The notes under the pieces were generated by a model. That model saw nothing but the letters and a program-made list of their open reading frames with translations. It was not told the origin of the DNA and did not search any database. 64,000 nt of DNA from Gemmatimonadota bacterium (lineage in GTDB: Bacteria > Gemmatimonadota > Gemmatimonadetes > Gemmatimonadales > GWC2-71-9), in assembly GCA_039591655.1 (NCBI GenBank), contig JBDHDE010000004.1:1056-65055 (forward strand), in the 5' to 3' direction. A program made the translations under genes and the position numbers. Positions 25,571 through 35,249 of this stretch are shown here, piece after piece; the first letter of the stretch is position 1; each line of letters opens with the position of its first letter.

Positions 25571-26719
25571 GTGAAGGTCATCGTATTGGGTGGTGGGCGT
25601 GTGGGGAGTGCCATCGCGGCCGATCTCGCGGCGGGCGGTGAGTTCGACGTCACGGTCGCCGACCGCTCCCGCGCAGCCCTCGAGAGAGTCCAGAGCGTCG
25701 CTGTGGCGCGCACCGTGGAAGCCGATCTCTCGGCGCCCGAGCGCGTGCGGCAGCTCGCCGGCGAGCACGATCTGGCGGTGAGCGCGGTGCCCGCCCAGAT
25801 GGGGTACCGGGTCGTCGAGGCAGCCATCGAGGCCAGCCGGCACGTCGTCGACATCTCCTTCCTGGAAGAGGATCCGTTTCAGCTCGACGAGCAAGCGCGC
25901 CGGCGCGGCGTCATCGCCGTAATGGATGCCGGCGTCTCGCCCGGACTCTCCAACCTCATTCTCGGCTACCTGGAGGCCACAGCGGAGCGGGTGGACCGCT
26001 ACGTCTGCTACGTGGGCGGGCTGCCTGAGGACCGCAGTGGCCTGTTCCAGTACAAGGCGCCGTTCTCCCCGGCGGATGTCATCGAGGTCTACACCCGCCC
26101 GGCACGCTACAAGGCAGGGGGAGTGGTCCGCACGGCCCCTGCGCTCTCCGACACTACGAATGTCGAGGTCCCCGGCGTAGGCCGGCTGGAGGCGTTCCTC
26201 ACCGACGGCCTCCGGACCCTGTTGGCAGACGACGGGGTGCCCGACATGCGGGAGATGACGCTGCGCTACCCCGGGCACGCGGGGCAGATGGCGCTGTTGC
26301 GGGACATGGGGTTGTTCGCCACGGACCCGCTGGAGCTCGAGGGTGCCACGATACGGCCCAGGGACGTCACGACACGGCTGCTCTTTCCCTTCTGGGAGTT
26401 CCAACCCGGCGAGGCGGATATCACGGTGCTCCGGGTCGAGGTGGACGCGGTGCGCGGAGGGACGGCGGAGCGGCACGTATTCGATCTGTTCGATCGCTAC
26501 GACGCCGCCACCGACACCAGCTCCATGGGCCGCACCACGGGGTATACCTGCACGGCCATCGTGCGGCTGCTGGCCCGCGGCCAGTACACCCATCTGGGAG
26601 TCTCGCCGCCGGAGCGCGTCGGGCAGGCGCCCGGATGCTTCGAGCGGATCGTGGAGGACCTCGCTGCCCGGGGCGTGGCGCTGCAACACACTGTGGGGCC
26701 GATCGAGGAGGGTCAATGA
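25571..26719 (+). CDS. Saccharopine dehydrogenase-family NAD(P)-binding oxidoreductase
   Basis: GTG 25571 preceded by GGAGGGG. Rossmann motif 'VIVLGGGRVGSAIA'. About 380-aa two-domain length typical of the family. The stop overlaps the next start (ATGA). Confidence 0.85.
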   Translation: MKVIVLGGGRVGSAIAADLAAGGEFDVTVADRSRAALERVQSVAVARTVEADLSAPERVRQLAGEHDLAVSAVPAQMGYRVVEAAIEASRHVVDISFLEEDPFQLDEQARRRGVIAVMDAGVSPGLSNLILGYLEATAERVDRYVCYVGGLPEDRSGLFQYKAPFSPADVIEVYTRPARYKAGGVVRTAPALSDTTNVEVPGVGRLEAFLTDGLRTLLADDGVPDMREMTLRYPGHAGQMALLRDMGLFATDPLELEGATIRPRDVTTRLLFPFWEFQPGEADITVLRVEVDAVRGGTAERHVFDLFDRYDAATDTSSMGRTTGYTCTAIVRLLARGQYTHLGVSPPERVGQAPGCFERIVEDLAARGVALQHTVGPIEEGQ

Positions 26720-27477
26720 AGACGCGCGCCACCGTTCATGTGATCGCCGCCGCGTCTCTGTTCTCTCCGCTGGGTGGGCTCTCGGCCCAGACGGCGCAAG
26801 AGATTGTGGACCGGGTGGACCGGATGCTACGGGGCGAGTCGAGCGACGCCACGGTGGTGATGGAGGTGGTGACGGAGCACTGGGAGCGCACCATGGAGAT
26901 GCGGATCTGGTCGCTCGGCACCGAGTACTCCCTCATTCGGCTTCTCTCGCCCCAGAAGGACGCGGGCACCGCCACGCTCAAGGCCGGCGACGACATCTGG
27001 AACTACCTGCCCCGCGTGGACCGCACGATCAAGCTGCCGCCGTCGCTCATGAGCGCCTCCTGGATGGGGTCGCACTTCACCAACGACGACCTGGTGAAGG
27101 AGAGTCGCATCATCGAGGACTACGACATCGAGATCGGCTTCGAAGGTGTGCGTGACGGGGTGGAGGTGTGGGAGTTCGTGCTTACGCCGAAGCCCGAGGC
27201 GGCCGTGGTATGGGGCCGCATCGAGGAGCAGGTTCGCAAGGACGATCTGCTGCCCGATTGGGCGACCTACTACGACGACCGGGGCGAGCTGGCGCGTACC
27301 ATGACCTTCAGCGACTTCAGGGTGATGGGTGGTCGGCTGGTGCCGGTCCGCATGGACATCGTGCCGGCCGACAAGCCGGACGAGCGCACGACGATCCTCT
27401 ATCGAGACCTCGAGTTCGACGTGGATCTGAACGAGGCGTTCTTCTCGCTGCGGCAGCTCCGTAGCGCGGGGCGGTAG
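26716..27477 (+). CDS. LolA-like outer-membrane lipoprotein-sorting protein family
   Basis: 253 aa, signal peptide 'VIAAASLFSPLGGLSAQ'. 'AQEIVDRVDRMLRGESSDATVVMEVV...MRIWSLG...WNYLPRVDRTIKLPPS' matches the LolA_like family as I recall it. GAGGAG RBS. Confidence 0.75.
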   Translation: MKTRATVHVIAAASLFSPLGGLSAQTAQEIVDRVDRMLRGESSDATVVMEVVTEHWERTMEMRIWSLGTEYSLIRLLSPQKDAGTATLKAGDDIWNYLPRVDRTIKLPPSLMSASWMGSHFTNDDLVKESRIIEDYDIEIGFEGVRDGVEVWEFVLTPKPEAAVVWGRIEEQVRKDDLLPDWATYYDDRGELARTMTFSDFRVMGGRLVPVRMDIVPADKPDERTTILYRDLEFDVDLNEAFFSLRQLRSAGR

Positions 27478-28737
27478 ATGGCCGAGAGCCCGTGGTGGCG
27501 CATCGGGTGGCGTAACCTGGGCCGCAACCGGCGGCGCACGGTGGTGACCGCCAGCGCGCTGGCGGTGGGGTACTTCTCGGTGGTGCTGATGGTCGGTCTC
27601 CTCAAGGGACTGGTCGCCGAGATGATCGAGAACGGCACCGGCATCATCACCGGCCAGATCCAGGTGCACGCCGAGGGCTACCTGCCGGACAAGGAGGTCT
27701 ACGCCACTATCGGGGGGCGCGACGGAGCCGATGTCGCCGCGCTCGTCGCAGCGGTTGAGGTCGATCCGGAGGTGCACGCCGCGACGCCACGGGTGTACGG
27801 CGGGGGGCTCGTGAGCACCGGGTCCGCCACGGCGGCGGCCCTGTTCTTGGGCGTCGATCCCCAGCGGGAGCCGCGGGTCTCGAAGCTCATGCGGGGCCTG
27901 GAGCGAGGCCGGCACCCCGCGGCGGGCGCGAACGAGATCCTCATCGGCAGCGAGATGGCACGCACCCTCGGGGCGGAGCCCGGCGACGAGGTGGTGGTCG
28001 TGGCCCCCGCCATCGACGGGTCGCTGGGGAACGACCTGTTCATCGTGTCAGGTGTCTTCCACACCGGGCTGGTAGACCTGGACCGCGCCTTCGCCATTCT
28101 GCCCATCGACGTGCTGCAGTTCCTCATAGCGATGCCGCCGTCGCGGATCCACGAGGTCGCCGCGGCGGTGCGCAGCCCCTGGCGTGCGGTGGAGGCGATG
28201 CCGCGCATCCAAACGGGGCTGGCGGAGGCCGGGTTCGACGCGAGCGCCGAGTCGTGGGTCACCCTTCGACCCGAGATGGTGGACTACGCCAACCTCTCCG
28301 AGGCCATGGAGTGGGTGATGCTCCTGATCATCTTCGTGATGGCGATCTTCGGTGTCGCCAACACCATGCTCATGGCGACCTTCGAGCGGCGCTACGAGTT
28401 CGCCCTGCTCTTGGCGCTGGGCACCGCACCTTGGGCCATCGTGAAGTCGGTGCTGTACGAGGCGCTGGCCCTCGGTGTGATCGCACTGGCTGCCGGTGTG
28501 GCGATCACTGCACCCGTGATGGTGTGGTGGTACGAGGCGCCACCGAACGTGAGTTGGCTGTTCGGGGAGTACACGCTCTCCGGCGCCCTCATGCGCCCGG
28601 TGCTGCGGGTGGAGTACCCGTGGGTCATGGCAGTCGGCGCGGCATTCGCCCTGTTCATCACCGCGGTGCTGGCGGCCCTCTACCCGGCGGTACGGGCGGC
28701 CCGGGTGCCGCCGGCCGACACGTTGAGCGGACGATGA
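27478..28737 (+). CDS. ABC transporter permease, FtsX/LolC-E type
   Basis: 419 aa. TM1 'VVTASALAVGYFSVVLMVGL', about 220-aa periplasmic domain, then three C-terminal TMs (FtsX domain). Its ATG abuts the upstream TAG. Confidence 0.85.
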   Translation: MAESPWWRIGWRNLGRNRRRTVVTASALAVGYFSVVLMVGLLKGLVAEMIENGTGIITGQIQVHAEGYLPDKEVYATIGGRDGADVAALVAAVEVDPEVHAATPRVYGGGLVSTGSATAAALFLGVDPQREPRVSKLMRGLERGRHPAAGANEILIGSEMARTLGAEPGDEVVVVAPAIDGSLGNDLFIVSGVFHTGLVDLDRAFAILPIDVLQFLIAMPPSRIHEVAAAVRSPWRAVEAMPRIQTGLAEAGFDASAESWVTLRPEMVDYANLSEAMEWVMLLIIFVMAIFGVANTMLMATFERRYEFALLLALGTAPWAIVKSVLYEALALGVIALAAGVAITAPVMVWWYEAPPNVSWLFGEYTLSGALMRPVLRVEYPWVMAVGAAFALFITAVLAALYPAVRAARVPPADTLSGR

Positions 28738-30011
28738 CGAAGCGCTGGCAGGTGCTCCCCCGGCTCTCGTGGCGCAACGTGCGCCGCCAGTGGCGCCGGT
28801 CGCTGCTAACGGGTACGGCCATGATGCTGGGCGTCGCCGCCCTCGTGTTCTCCCGCACAATCGGCGACGGGGCCCACGAGGACTGGATCGACAGCGGCGT
28901 GCGCCAGGGGAGCGGGCACGTTGCGGTGCAGGATCCCGGGTTTCGGGCCAGCCGCAAGCTGGAGCACCGAATCAGCGCGGCGCAGTGGGAGGCGGTGGCC
29001 GGCGCGCTCGAGGCACCCGACGTTGCACCGTACGTCGAACGGATGACGTCACGGCTCGAAGTGCTGGGCCTCGCCAACGCGCCCACCGCGGCGGTGCCCG
29101 TGAACATCGTGGGGGTCGACCCCGCGGCCGAGGCCGAGTTCTCCCAGCTCGGCGTCGAGCAGCGGCTCGTCGAGGGACGCTACCTGGAGCCCGGCGACCG
29201 CCTGCATGCCTACGTCGGGCGGCGGCTGGCTGACCGCCTGGACGTGGCGCTGGGCTCGCGCCTCGTGCTCACCGCACAGGACGAGTCCGGCGACATCGCG
29301 GGCCAGCTGGTGCGGGTCGTGGGGATCTTCCGTACGGGAGTCCCCGAGGTCGACGAAGGGCTGGTGCACGTCCCATTGGCCACGGTGCAGCGGTGGCTCG
29401 GTGCGGAGGGGGATATCACGACGGTGGCGATCCTGCTGCGCTCGGCGTGGGATGTGCCCCGGGTGCTGCGCCGCGTGCGCGCGCGGGTCGAGGAGGCGAC
29501 CGACGAGGTGGCGGTGCTGGGATGGCGCGAGGCGATGCCGGAACTCGACGCCGCCATCAAGTTGGACGACTTCTGGGGCTACGTGTTCAACATCGTGCTG
29601 TTCGTGATCGTCGCCCTGGCCATCGTTAACACGGTGCTGATGTCGGTGCTGTACCGCACCCGGGAGTTCGGCGTGCTGCGGGCGCTGGGGCTCACGAAGC
29701 GGGAGACCGCGACGGTCGTGTTCACCGAGGGGATGATGCTCACGGCGATCGCCGGGCTGATAGGGCTGGCATTGGGTTACGGACTCGTCTGGCTGCTGTT
29801 CCGCAACGGGCTTGACTACTCGGGGGCGTTGGAGGGTGACCTCACGTTCTCCGGCGTGGTGCTCGACACCGTGGTCATCCCCGTGTACCGCGGCGTGCAG
29901 GTCGTCATGAGCCTGGGGTCGATCGTGGCCGTCGGCATCGTGGCATCACTCTATCCCGCCTATCGCGCGACACGTATCGACGTCGCCGAGGCGATGAAGT
30001 TCGAGGCATGA
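28734..30011 (+). CDS. ABC transporter permease, FtsX/LolC-E type (second copy)
   Basis: 425 aa from MTKRWQVLPRLSWRNV (ATGA overlap). Same TM1, periplasmic domain and 3-TM layout. The upstream part of the 585-aa track ORF is out-of-context overlap. Confidence 0.85.
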   Translation: MTKRWQVLPRLSWRNVRRQWRRSLLTGTAMMLGVAALVFSRTIGDGAHEDWIDSGVRQGSGHVAVQDPGFRASRKLEHRISAAQWEAVAGALEAPDVAPYVERMTSRLEVLGLANAPTAAVPVNIVGVDPAAEAEFSQLGVEQRLVEGRYLEPGDRLHAYVGRRLADRLDVALGSRLVLTAQDESGDIAGQLVRVVGIFRTGVPEVDEGLVHVPLATVQRWLGAEGDITTVAILLRSAWDVPRVLRRVRARVEEATDEVAVLGWREAMPELDAAIKLDDFWGYVFNIVLFVIVALAIVNTVLMSVLYRTREFGVLRALGLTKRETATVVFTEGMMLTAIAGLIGLALGYGLVWLLFRNGLDYSGALEGDLTFSGVVLDTVVIPVYRGVQVVMSLGSIVAVGIVASLYPAYRATRIDVAEAMKFEA

Positions 30012-30718
30012 ACACACAACCGGCAGTGCACACGGAAGAGGTCTGGAAGGTGTTCGAGCACGACGGGATCGCGGTGGAGGCGGTCCGCGGCGTGACTATG
30101 GACATCCAGCCCGGGGAGTTCGTCGTCATGGCCGGACCCTCCGGCTCCGGCAAGACCACGCTGCTCAACTTGCTGGGCGGGCTCACCCGTCCCACGCGGG
30201 GCAAGGTGTGGATCGACGGGCAGGACCTGACCGAGATGTCGGAGCGCGCGCTCGCTAAGCTGCGGCTCCAGCGGGTCGGGTTCGTGTTCCAGGCGTACAA
30301 TCTCCTGCCCGTGCTGACGGCTCTCGAGAATGCCGAGTTCTCGCTCCTGCTGCGGGGCATGGCCGAGGACGAGCGACGCCGCAAGGTGGAGGAGCTGTTC
30401 GCCACCATCGGGATCGCCGGGCTCGAAGATCGGCGGCCCTCCAAGCTATCCGGCGGGCAGCAGCAGCGGGTGGCCGTGGCTCGCGCCGTAGTCGGGGCGC
30501 CGGCCCTGGTGCTGGCCGATGAGCCGACGGCGAACCTCGACCGGGCCTCCAGCGTGGCACTGCTCGACGTGATGGCTGAGCTAAACCGGGAGCTCGGCGT
30601 CACATTCGTGTTCGCCACTCACGACCCGCAGCTCATGGAGCGGGCCCAGCGCCTCATCCGCCTGGTGGACGGCGCGATCGAGTCGGATCAGCGGCGCGAA
30701 GAACCGCCCGTTGCATGA
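30008..30718 (+). CDS. ABC transporter ATP-binding protein (LolD/MacB-NBD type)
   Basis: Walker A 'GPSGSGKTT', signature 'LSGGQQQRVAVARA', Walker B 'LVLADEPT', H-loop 'FATHD'. ATGA overlaps at both ends. Confidence 0.93.
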   Translation: MNTQPAVHTEEVWKVFEHDGIAVEAVRGVTMDIQPGEFVVMAGPSGSGKTTLLNLLGGLTRPTRGKVWIDGQDLTEMSERALAKLRLQRVGFVFQAYNLLPVLTALENAEFSLLLRGMAEDERRRKVEELFATIGIAGLEDRRPSKLSGGQQQRVAVARAVVGAPALVLADEPTANLDRASSVALLDVMAELNRELGVTFVFATHDPQLMERAQRLIRLVDGAIESDQRREEPPVA

Positions 30719-31926
30719 TCCGGCGGGCGCTGCTCGGGCTCCTGCTCTGCGCCGCTCCCCTTGGCGCCGCCCGAGCGCAGCTCCCGCAGATTAGCGGCTA
30801 CTACCTGGATGTGTGGGTGGGCTCCGACGCGAGCCCGTTCGCGGACGCGAGCCTGCTTGGATTCCAGCGTTTCCGGCTGATGACGGCGCCGGTGTATGGG
30901 CGCTGGGCGTTCGACGTGGCGTACGAGCACGCGCTCACCGTGCGGAGCGACCTTCTGGCCGGCTTCCTGGGACCGGGTGGAGAGCAGGGCAGGGGGGCGG
31001 GCGACTGGCTCCCCCTGCAGGGCACCATCGAAGAAACGGAGCACGTCGAGTGGCGGCACCGCGTCGACCGGCTCTCGGTGAGCTACCTCGGCGACGCGTT
31101 CGATGTGACGCTGGGGCGGCAGCCGGTGTCGTGGGCCACCACGCTGTATCTCACGCCGGCCGACCCGTTCCAGCCCTTCGACCCCTCCGATCCGTTCCGC
31201 GAGTACCGTCTCGGGGTCGACGCGGCGCGCGTTCGTGTCTTCACCGGGCCGATGACCGAGCTGGAGGCAGTGGCCCGCTTGGCGGAGACGACGACGGACA
31301 CCACCATCACAGCGCTGGCACGCGCGCGCACCGCGCTGGGCAGGTGGGAGCTGGTGGCCTGGGCGGGGGTGGTGCACGACGAGCCCTCCATTTCCGCTGC
31401 CGCCACCGTCACCGTCGCCGGCGCCGCGCTCCGGGGTGAAGCAGTCCTGCGCCGCAGCAAGGACGCCGCCGGCGCGGAGCAGACGGTGCTGCGCTTCACC
31501 GTGGGCGCGGACCGCAGCTTCAACCTGGCCGGACGCAACCTGTACCTGCTGGCGGAGTACCAGCGCGACGGCTTCGGGGCGGCGAGCTCGGACGAGCTGT
31601 TGGAGGTCGCGCTGTCGCCCGCGTCGCGCCGCGGCGAGCTCCAAGTGCTGGGGCGCGATGAGATGGTCGCGCTGGCCAGCTACGAGTGGCACCCGCTGTG
31701 GACCGCGAACTTCCTGGCCATCTGGAACCTCGACGATCCCAGCCTGCTGCTCACGCCGTCCGTGGCGTTCTCGGCCTCAGAAGAGGTGACAGCGCAGGGG
31801 GGGATGTTCTTCGGGGTGGGGGAGGACCTGGGGGAGCCGATTCCGGGGCTCGGCGTCCGGGCGCCGGGATCGGAGTACGGTCCTGTGCCGGCCACCGGAT
31901 ACGTATCGGTGACGGTGTTCTTCTAG
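30715..31926 (+). CDS. Predicted outer-membrane beta-barrel protein of unknown family
   Basis: 403 aa. Signal peptide 'LLGLLLCAAPLGAARAQ'. Alternating-hydrophobicity strands throughout. C-terminal 'GYVSVTVFF' with a terminal Phe, typical of OMP barrels. Confidence 0.55.
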   Translation: MIRRALLGLLLCAAPLGAARAQLPQISGYYLDVWVGSDASPFADASLLGFQRFRLMTAPVYGRWAFDVAYEHALTVRSDLLAGFLGPGGEQGRGAGDWLPLQGTIEETEHVEWRHRVDRLSVSYLGDAFDVTLGRQPVSWATTLYLTPADPFQPFDPSDPFREYRLGVDAARVRVFTGPMTELEAVARLAETTTDTTITALARARTALGRWELVAWAGVVHDEPSISAAATVTVAGAALRGEAVLRRSKDAAGAEQTVLRFTVGADRSFNLAGRNLYLLAEYQRDGFGAASSDELLEVALSPASRRGELQVLGRDEMVALASYEWHPLWTANFLAIWNLDDPSLLLTPSVAFSASEEVTAQGGMFFGVGEDLGEPIPGLGVRAPGSEYGPVPATGYVSVTVFF

Positions 31927-31930
31927 CGGC

Positions 31931-32563
31931 TCAGCGGGCCGCCGCCGCGCCCTCCAACATCCCGTGAATCCGCGTGAGCAGCATGTCCACCGCGGCCTTG
32001 TTGTACCCGCCCTCCGGGATGATGACCTCCGCGTAGCGCTTGCTGGGCTCCACGAACTCGAGGTGCATGGGGCGCACCGTCTGTAGGTACTGCCGCACGA
32101 CCGAATCCAGGTCCCGCCCTCGCTCCCTCAGGTCGCGGTCGATGCGCCGAATGATCCGGAGATCGGCGTCGGTGTCGACGAAGACGCGGAGATCCATGAG
32201 ACTGCGCAGTGCGGGCTCGGCGAGCACGAGAATACCCTCCAGGATGACCGCTCGCCTGGGTTCGGCCGGGACGGTGGCGCCGTCGCGCACGTGCTCCGTG
32301 AAGTCGTACACCGGAACCTCGATGGGCCGCTCCTTCTTGAGGGCCTTCACGTGCTCGACCAGGAGCTCGCTCTCGAGGGCGTCGGGGTGATCGTAGTTGA
32401 TCCGCTTCCGCTCCAGGGGGGGGAGCTCGCTGCGGTCGCGGTAGTAGGAGTCGTGCTGGATGAACGTGACGTGCTCGTGTCCCAGAGCACGGATGATCTG
32501 TTGGGCGACCGTGGTCTTGCCCGAGCCGGAGCCGCCGGCGACGCCGATGATGAGGGGTGGCAC
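31931..32563 (-). CDS. udk: Uridine kinase
   Basis: 210 aa. P-loop 'GVAGGSGSGKTT', 'INYDHPDALE', 'ILEGILVL'. Confidence 0.92.
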   Translation of the reverse strand: MPPLIIGVAGGSGSGKTTVAQQIIRALGHEHVTFIQHDSYYRDRSELPPLERKRINYDHPDALESELLVEHVKALKKERPIEVPVYDFTEHVRDGATVPAEPRRAVILEGILVLAEPALRSLMDLRVFVDTDADLRIIRRIDRDLRERGRDLDSVVRQYLQTVRPMHLEFVEPSKRYAEVIIPEGGYNKAAVDMLLTRIHGMLEGAAAAR

Positions 32564-32761
32564 GTCGGTATGCCCACTTTCCAGGGTGGCTGAATGCTCG
32601 TCCAGCGTGCGGGGGTGGTCAAGCGGTCGGGTCCGGGTGTTTTCGGTCTAGTTGGGCTGCGCCGGCGAGCCGGCAGCAGGCCGCAGCCCACAGGGGTCGA
32701 GTGCCTGCAGCGTAACACGTTGTTGTTCAATCTGTTAAGTGGTCCGCGCCCCGGGGCGAGG

Positions 32762-34006
32762 CTACTCGTAGCGCAGCGACTCCACCGGATCCACGTTGGC
32801 GGCCCGGCGGGCCGGCAGCACCCCGGCGGCGAGGCCGATCATCACCAGGATCGAGACACAGATCAGGGCGATGGGCCAGGAGAGGATGGGGTTGGCGATG
32901 TATGCCATGGCCTCGTTGTCGCTGGGAATGGCGTTGGTCGCTGCCACCACGAGCCCCGAGAAGAGCAGCCCCAGGCCGCCGCCCACGAAAGCGATGAGCA
33001 TGGCCTCGAAGATGAACTGTCCCATGATGTGCGGCTTGCGGGCGCCCACGGCCAGCTTGATGCCGATCTCCCGGGTGCGCTCCCGCACCACGACGTACAT
33101 GATGTTGGCCACGCCCACGCCGGCGATGAGCAGGGTGAAGGCGCCCACCAGGCCGAGGAAGACCTGGATCCCGATGCCGATCTGGTTCACCAGTTTGGCG
33201 TCCTCCACGAAATCCCACATTTGGAGGGCCCGGATGTCCTCGGGGTCGAACTTGTACTTGCGTCCCAGCACGCGGTACAAGGCGGCCTTGGCCCGCTCCG
33301 CTTCCTCCACGCTGCGGGGCCGCACGATGAGGTGGCCCACGTAGCGGCGGCCGTAGATCGTCCTGAAGGTGGACGCCGGGATGATGGCGCGGTTCTCGTC
33401 GGGGCCGTTATTGCTGGAGTCCTGGAACTTCCTCTGCATCACGCCGATGACCGTGAACGGCAGACCGTCGAGCATCACGCTCTGGCCCACGGGGTCGCTC
33501 TCGGGGAAGAGCCGCCCGGCGATGCGGTTGCCCAGGAAGAGCACCCGGCGCCGCTGCTCCATGTCCTGCTGGTTGAGAAAGCGCCCGCCTGCGGCCGGGA
33601 ACATGCGGCGCAGCTCGGAGAACTCGGGGGCCACGCCCTCCATGTAGGTGTTGGTTTGCTGGTCCCCCGCGCGAAGGCTCGTGCCCCAGCGGCCGTAGGA
33701 CGGACTCCCCATCTCGAACTCGGGGATCGATTGCAGGACGAGGTCGAGGTCCTCCTCCGTGAGCCGGATGCTGCGGCCGGTAGGCAGCCCCTCGAACACC
33801 CGGCTCGTCTGGCCGCCGTACACCATGAAGATCTGGTCACCGGCGTTCACCAGGCCGCGCACGATGGCTACCTTGAGCCCCTCGCCGAAGGAGAGCAGGA
33901 GCACCACGGCGACGGTCCCCCAGGTCATTGCGAGCATGGTCAGGGTGGCCCGCAGCTTCTGCTTCCTCAGGTCACCGATGAACTCCTCGAGCAGGATCTT
34001 CCACAT
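32762..34006 (-). CDS. ABC transporter permease, MacB/DevC-like (MacB_PCD + FtsX)
   Basis: 414 aa. N-terminal 'FIGDLRKQKLRATLTMLAMTWGTVAVV', periplasmic domain, C-terminal FtsX TMs ending 'NVDPVESLRYE'. Confidence 0.85.
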   Translation of the reverse strand: MWKILLEEFIGDLRKQKLRATLTMLAMTWGTVAVVLLLSFGEGLKVAIVRGLVNAGDQIFMVYGGQTSRVFEGLPTGRSIRLTEEDLDLVLQSIPEFEMGSPSYGRWGTSLRAGDQQTNTYMEGVAPEFSELRRMFPAAGGRFLNQQDMEQRRRVLFLGNRIAGRLFPESDPVGQSVMLDGLPFTVIGVMQRKFQDSSNNGPDENRAIIPASTFRTIYGRRYVGHLIVRPRSVEEAERAKAALYRVLGRKYKFDPEDIRALQMWDFVEDAKLVNQIGIGIQVFLGLVGAFTLLIAGVGVANIMYVVVRERTREIGIKLAVGARKPHIMGQFIFEAMLIAFVGGGLGLLFSGLVVAATNAIPSDNEAMAYIANPILSWPIALICVSILVMIGLAAGVLPARRAANVDPVESLRYE

Positions 34007-34010
34007 GGCC

Positions 34011-35243
34011 TCAGTACCTCAGACACTCGACGGGGTCGAGGTTCGCGGCCTTGCGGGCGGGGAACAGGCCGGCCATGAAGGCAATGGCTGCGAGGAGCGA
34101 CAGCGTGACGGCGCCGACCAGCGGCGAGATGGTCGGGGTGCCAACGAAGTCCTGTAGCGGGACGAAGCTCAGCAGCCAGACGATGCCGTAGGAGAAGGAG
34201 AATCCACACAGCGCTCCCAACCCCACGATCAGGAACGTCTCGGCAAAGAACTGGAACAGGATGTCGCGCTTCTTGGCGCCCACGGAACGCTTGATCCCGA
34301 TCTCACGGGTGCGCTCCCGCACGACGATGTACATGATGTTCGCCACGCCGATGCCGCCTACGGTCAGCGTGAAGCTGCCGACCAGCGCGAAGAACACGTT
34401 GAATCCGAAGAACAGGTAGCCGAACATCCGCTCGATCTCGGCCGTGTCCCAGACAGAGAGAGCATCCTCGTCCTGTGGGTCGAACGTGTAGCGGCGGCTC
34501 AGCACCTGGTACACCTGCTGCTCGTATTCCTCGGACAGGTTTGCGTCGGCGACGCGGTACACGAAGTTGTTCACGTAGCGGTTGCCGAAGATCGCGGTGT
34601 GGGTGCTGGCCGGGATGAAGACCCGGTCCTTGTCGCGTCCGTTGTAGGACGAGTTCTGGAGCTTGGGCTGCATCACCCCAATCACCGTGAACGGCGTCTC
34701 CCCGATGAACACCTGTCGGCCTACCGGCTCTTGGTCCTCGAACAGGAGTTCCGCCAGCTCGTCCCCCAGGAACGCAACCCGCCGTCGCTGGGCCTGGTCG
34801 CTCTCGTTGATGAACCGCCCGCCCATCTCGGGGATGATGTTCCGCATCAACCCGTAGACTGGGTAGATGCCGGTGATGTTGGGATTGGCGCTGTTGATGC
34901 CGCGCCTGATGGGCGTGCGCCGGTTGCTGTACTCGGGGCTGATCATCACGATGCCGGGGATCTCGCGACTGAGCTGCTCGCCGACGTCTTCGTGCAGCCG
35001 GATGTAGCGGCCCTCCCCGAAACCCTGGAAGGCCACCGTCGTGCGGCCGCCCCACAGGATCACGATCCGGTCACCCAGGCCGTGGAACCGCTTGCGGGTC
35101 TGGCGCTCCAGCCCGACGCCGAATGCCAACAGCACCACCACCGCCACCGTGCCCCATGCGATCCCCAGGACGGTGAGGGTAGTACGCAGCCGCTGCGCCT
35201 TGAGGTCGGCGAGGAACTCGCGAAAGACGTTGCCGAGCCGCAT
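34011..35243 (-). CDS. ABC transporter permease, MacB/DevC-like (paralogue)
   Basis: 410 aa, same architecture ('FLADLKAQRLRTTLTVLGIAWGTVAVV ... NLDPVECLRY'). 4-nt gap to the downstream paralogue. Confidence 0.85.
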   Translation of the reverse strand: MRLGNVFREFLADLKAQRLRTTLTVLGIAWGTVAVVVLLAFGVGLERQTRKRFHGLGDRIVILWGGRTTVAFQGFGEGRYIRLHEDVGEQLSREIPGIVMISPEYSNRRTPIRRGINSANPNITGIYPVYGLMRNIIPEMGGRFINESDQAQRRRVAFLGDELAELLFEDQEPVGRQVFIGETPFTVIGVMQPKLQNSSYNGRDKDRVFIPASTHTAIFGNRYVNNFVYRVADANLSEEYEQQVYQVLSRRYTFDPQDEDALSVWDTAEIERMFGYLFFGFNVFFALVGSFTLTVGGIGVANIMYIVVRERTREIGIKRSVGAKKRDILFQFFAETFLIVGLGALCGFSFSYGIVWLLSFVPLQDFVGTPTISPLVGAVTLSLLAAIAFMAGLFPARKAANLDPVECLRY

Positions 35244-35249
35244 GGGGCG

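Noticed and set aside
25418-26716. 432-aa minus-strand ORF. Similar long shadow ORFs occur at 26827-27915, 32594-34078, 34599-35573, 38772-40157, 41016-42044, 45392-46771, 9557-10681, 12343-13242 and 3270-4295.
   Set aside because: All are antisense to, or out of frame with, genes that carry clear family motifs, and all show the Arg/Gly/Pro/His-rich shadow-ORF composition. None has an RBS-supported start in an intergenic region.
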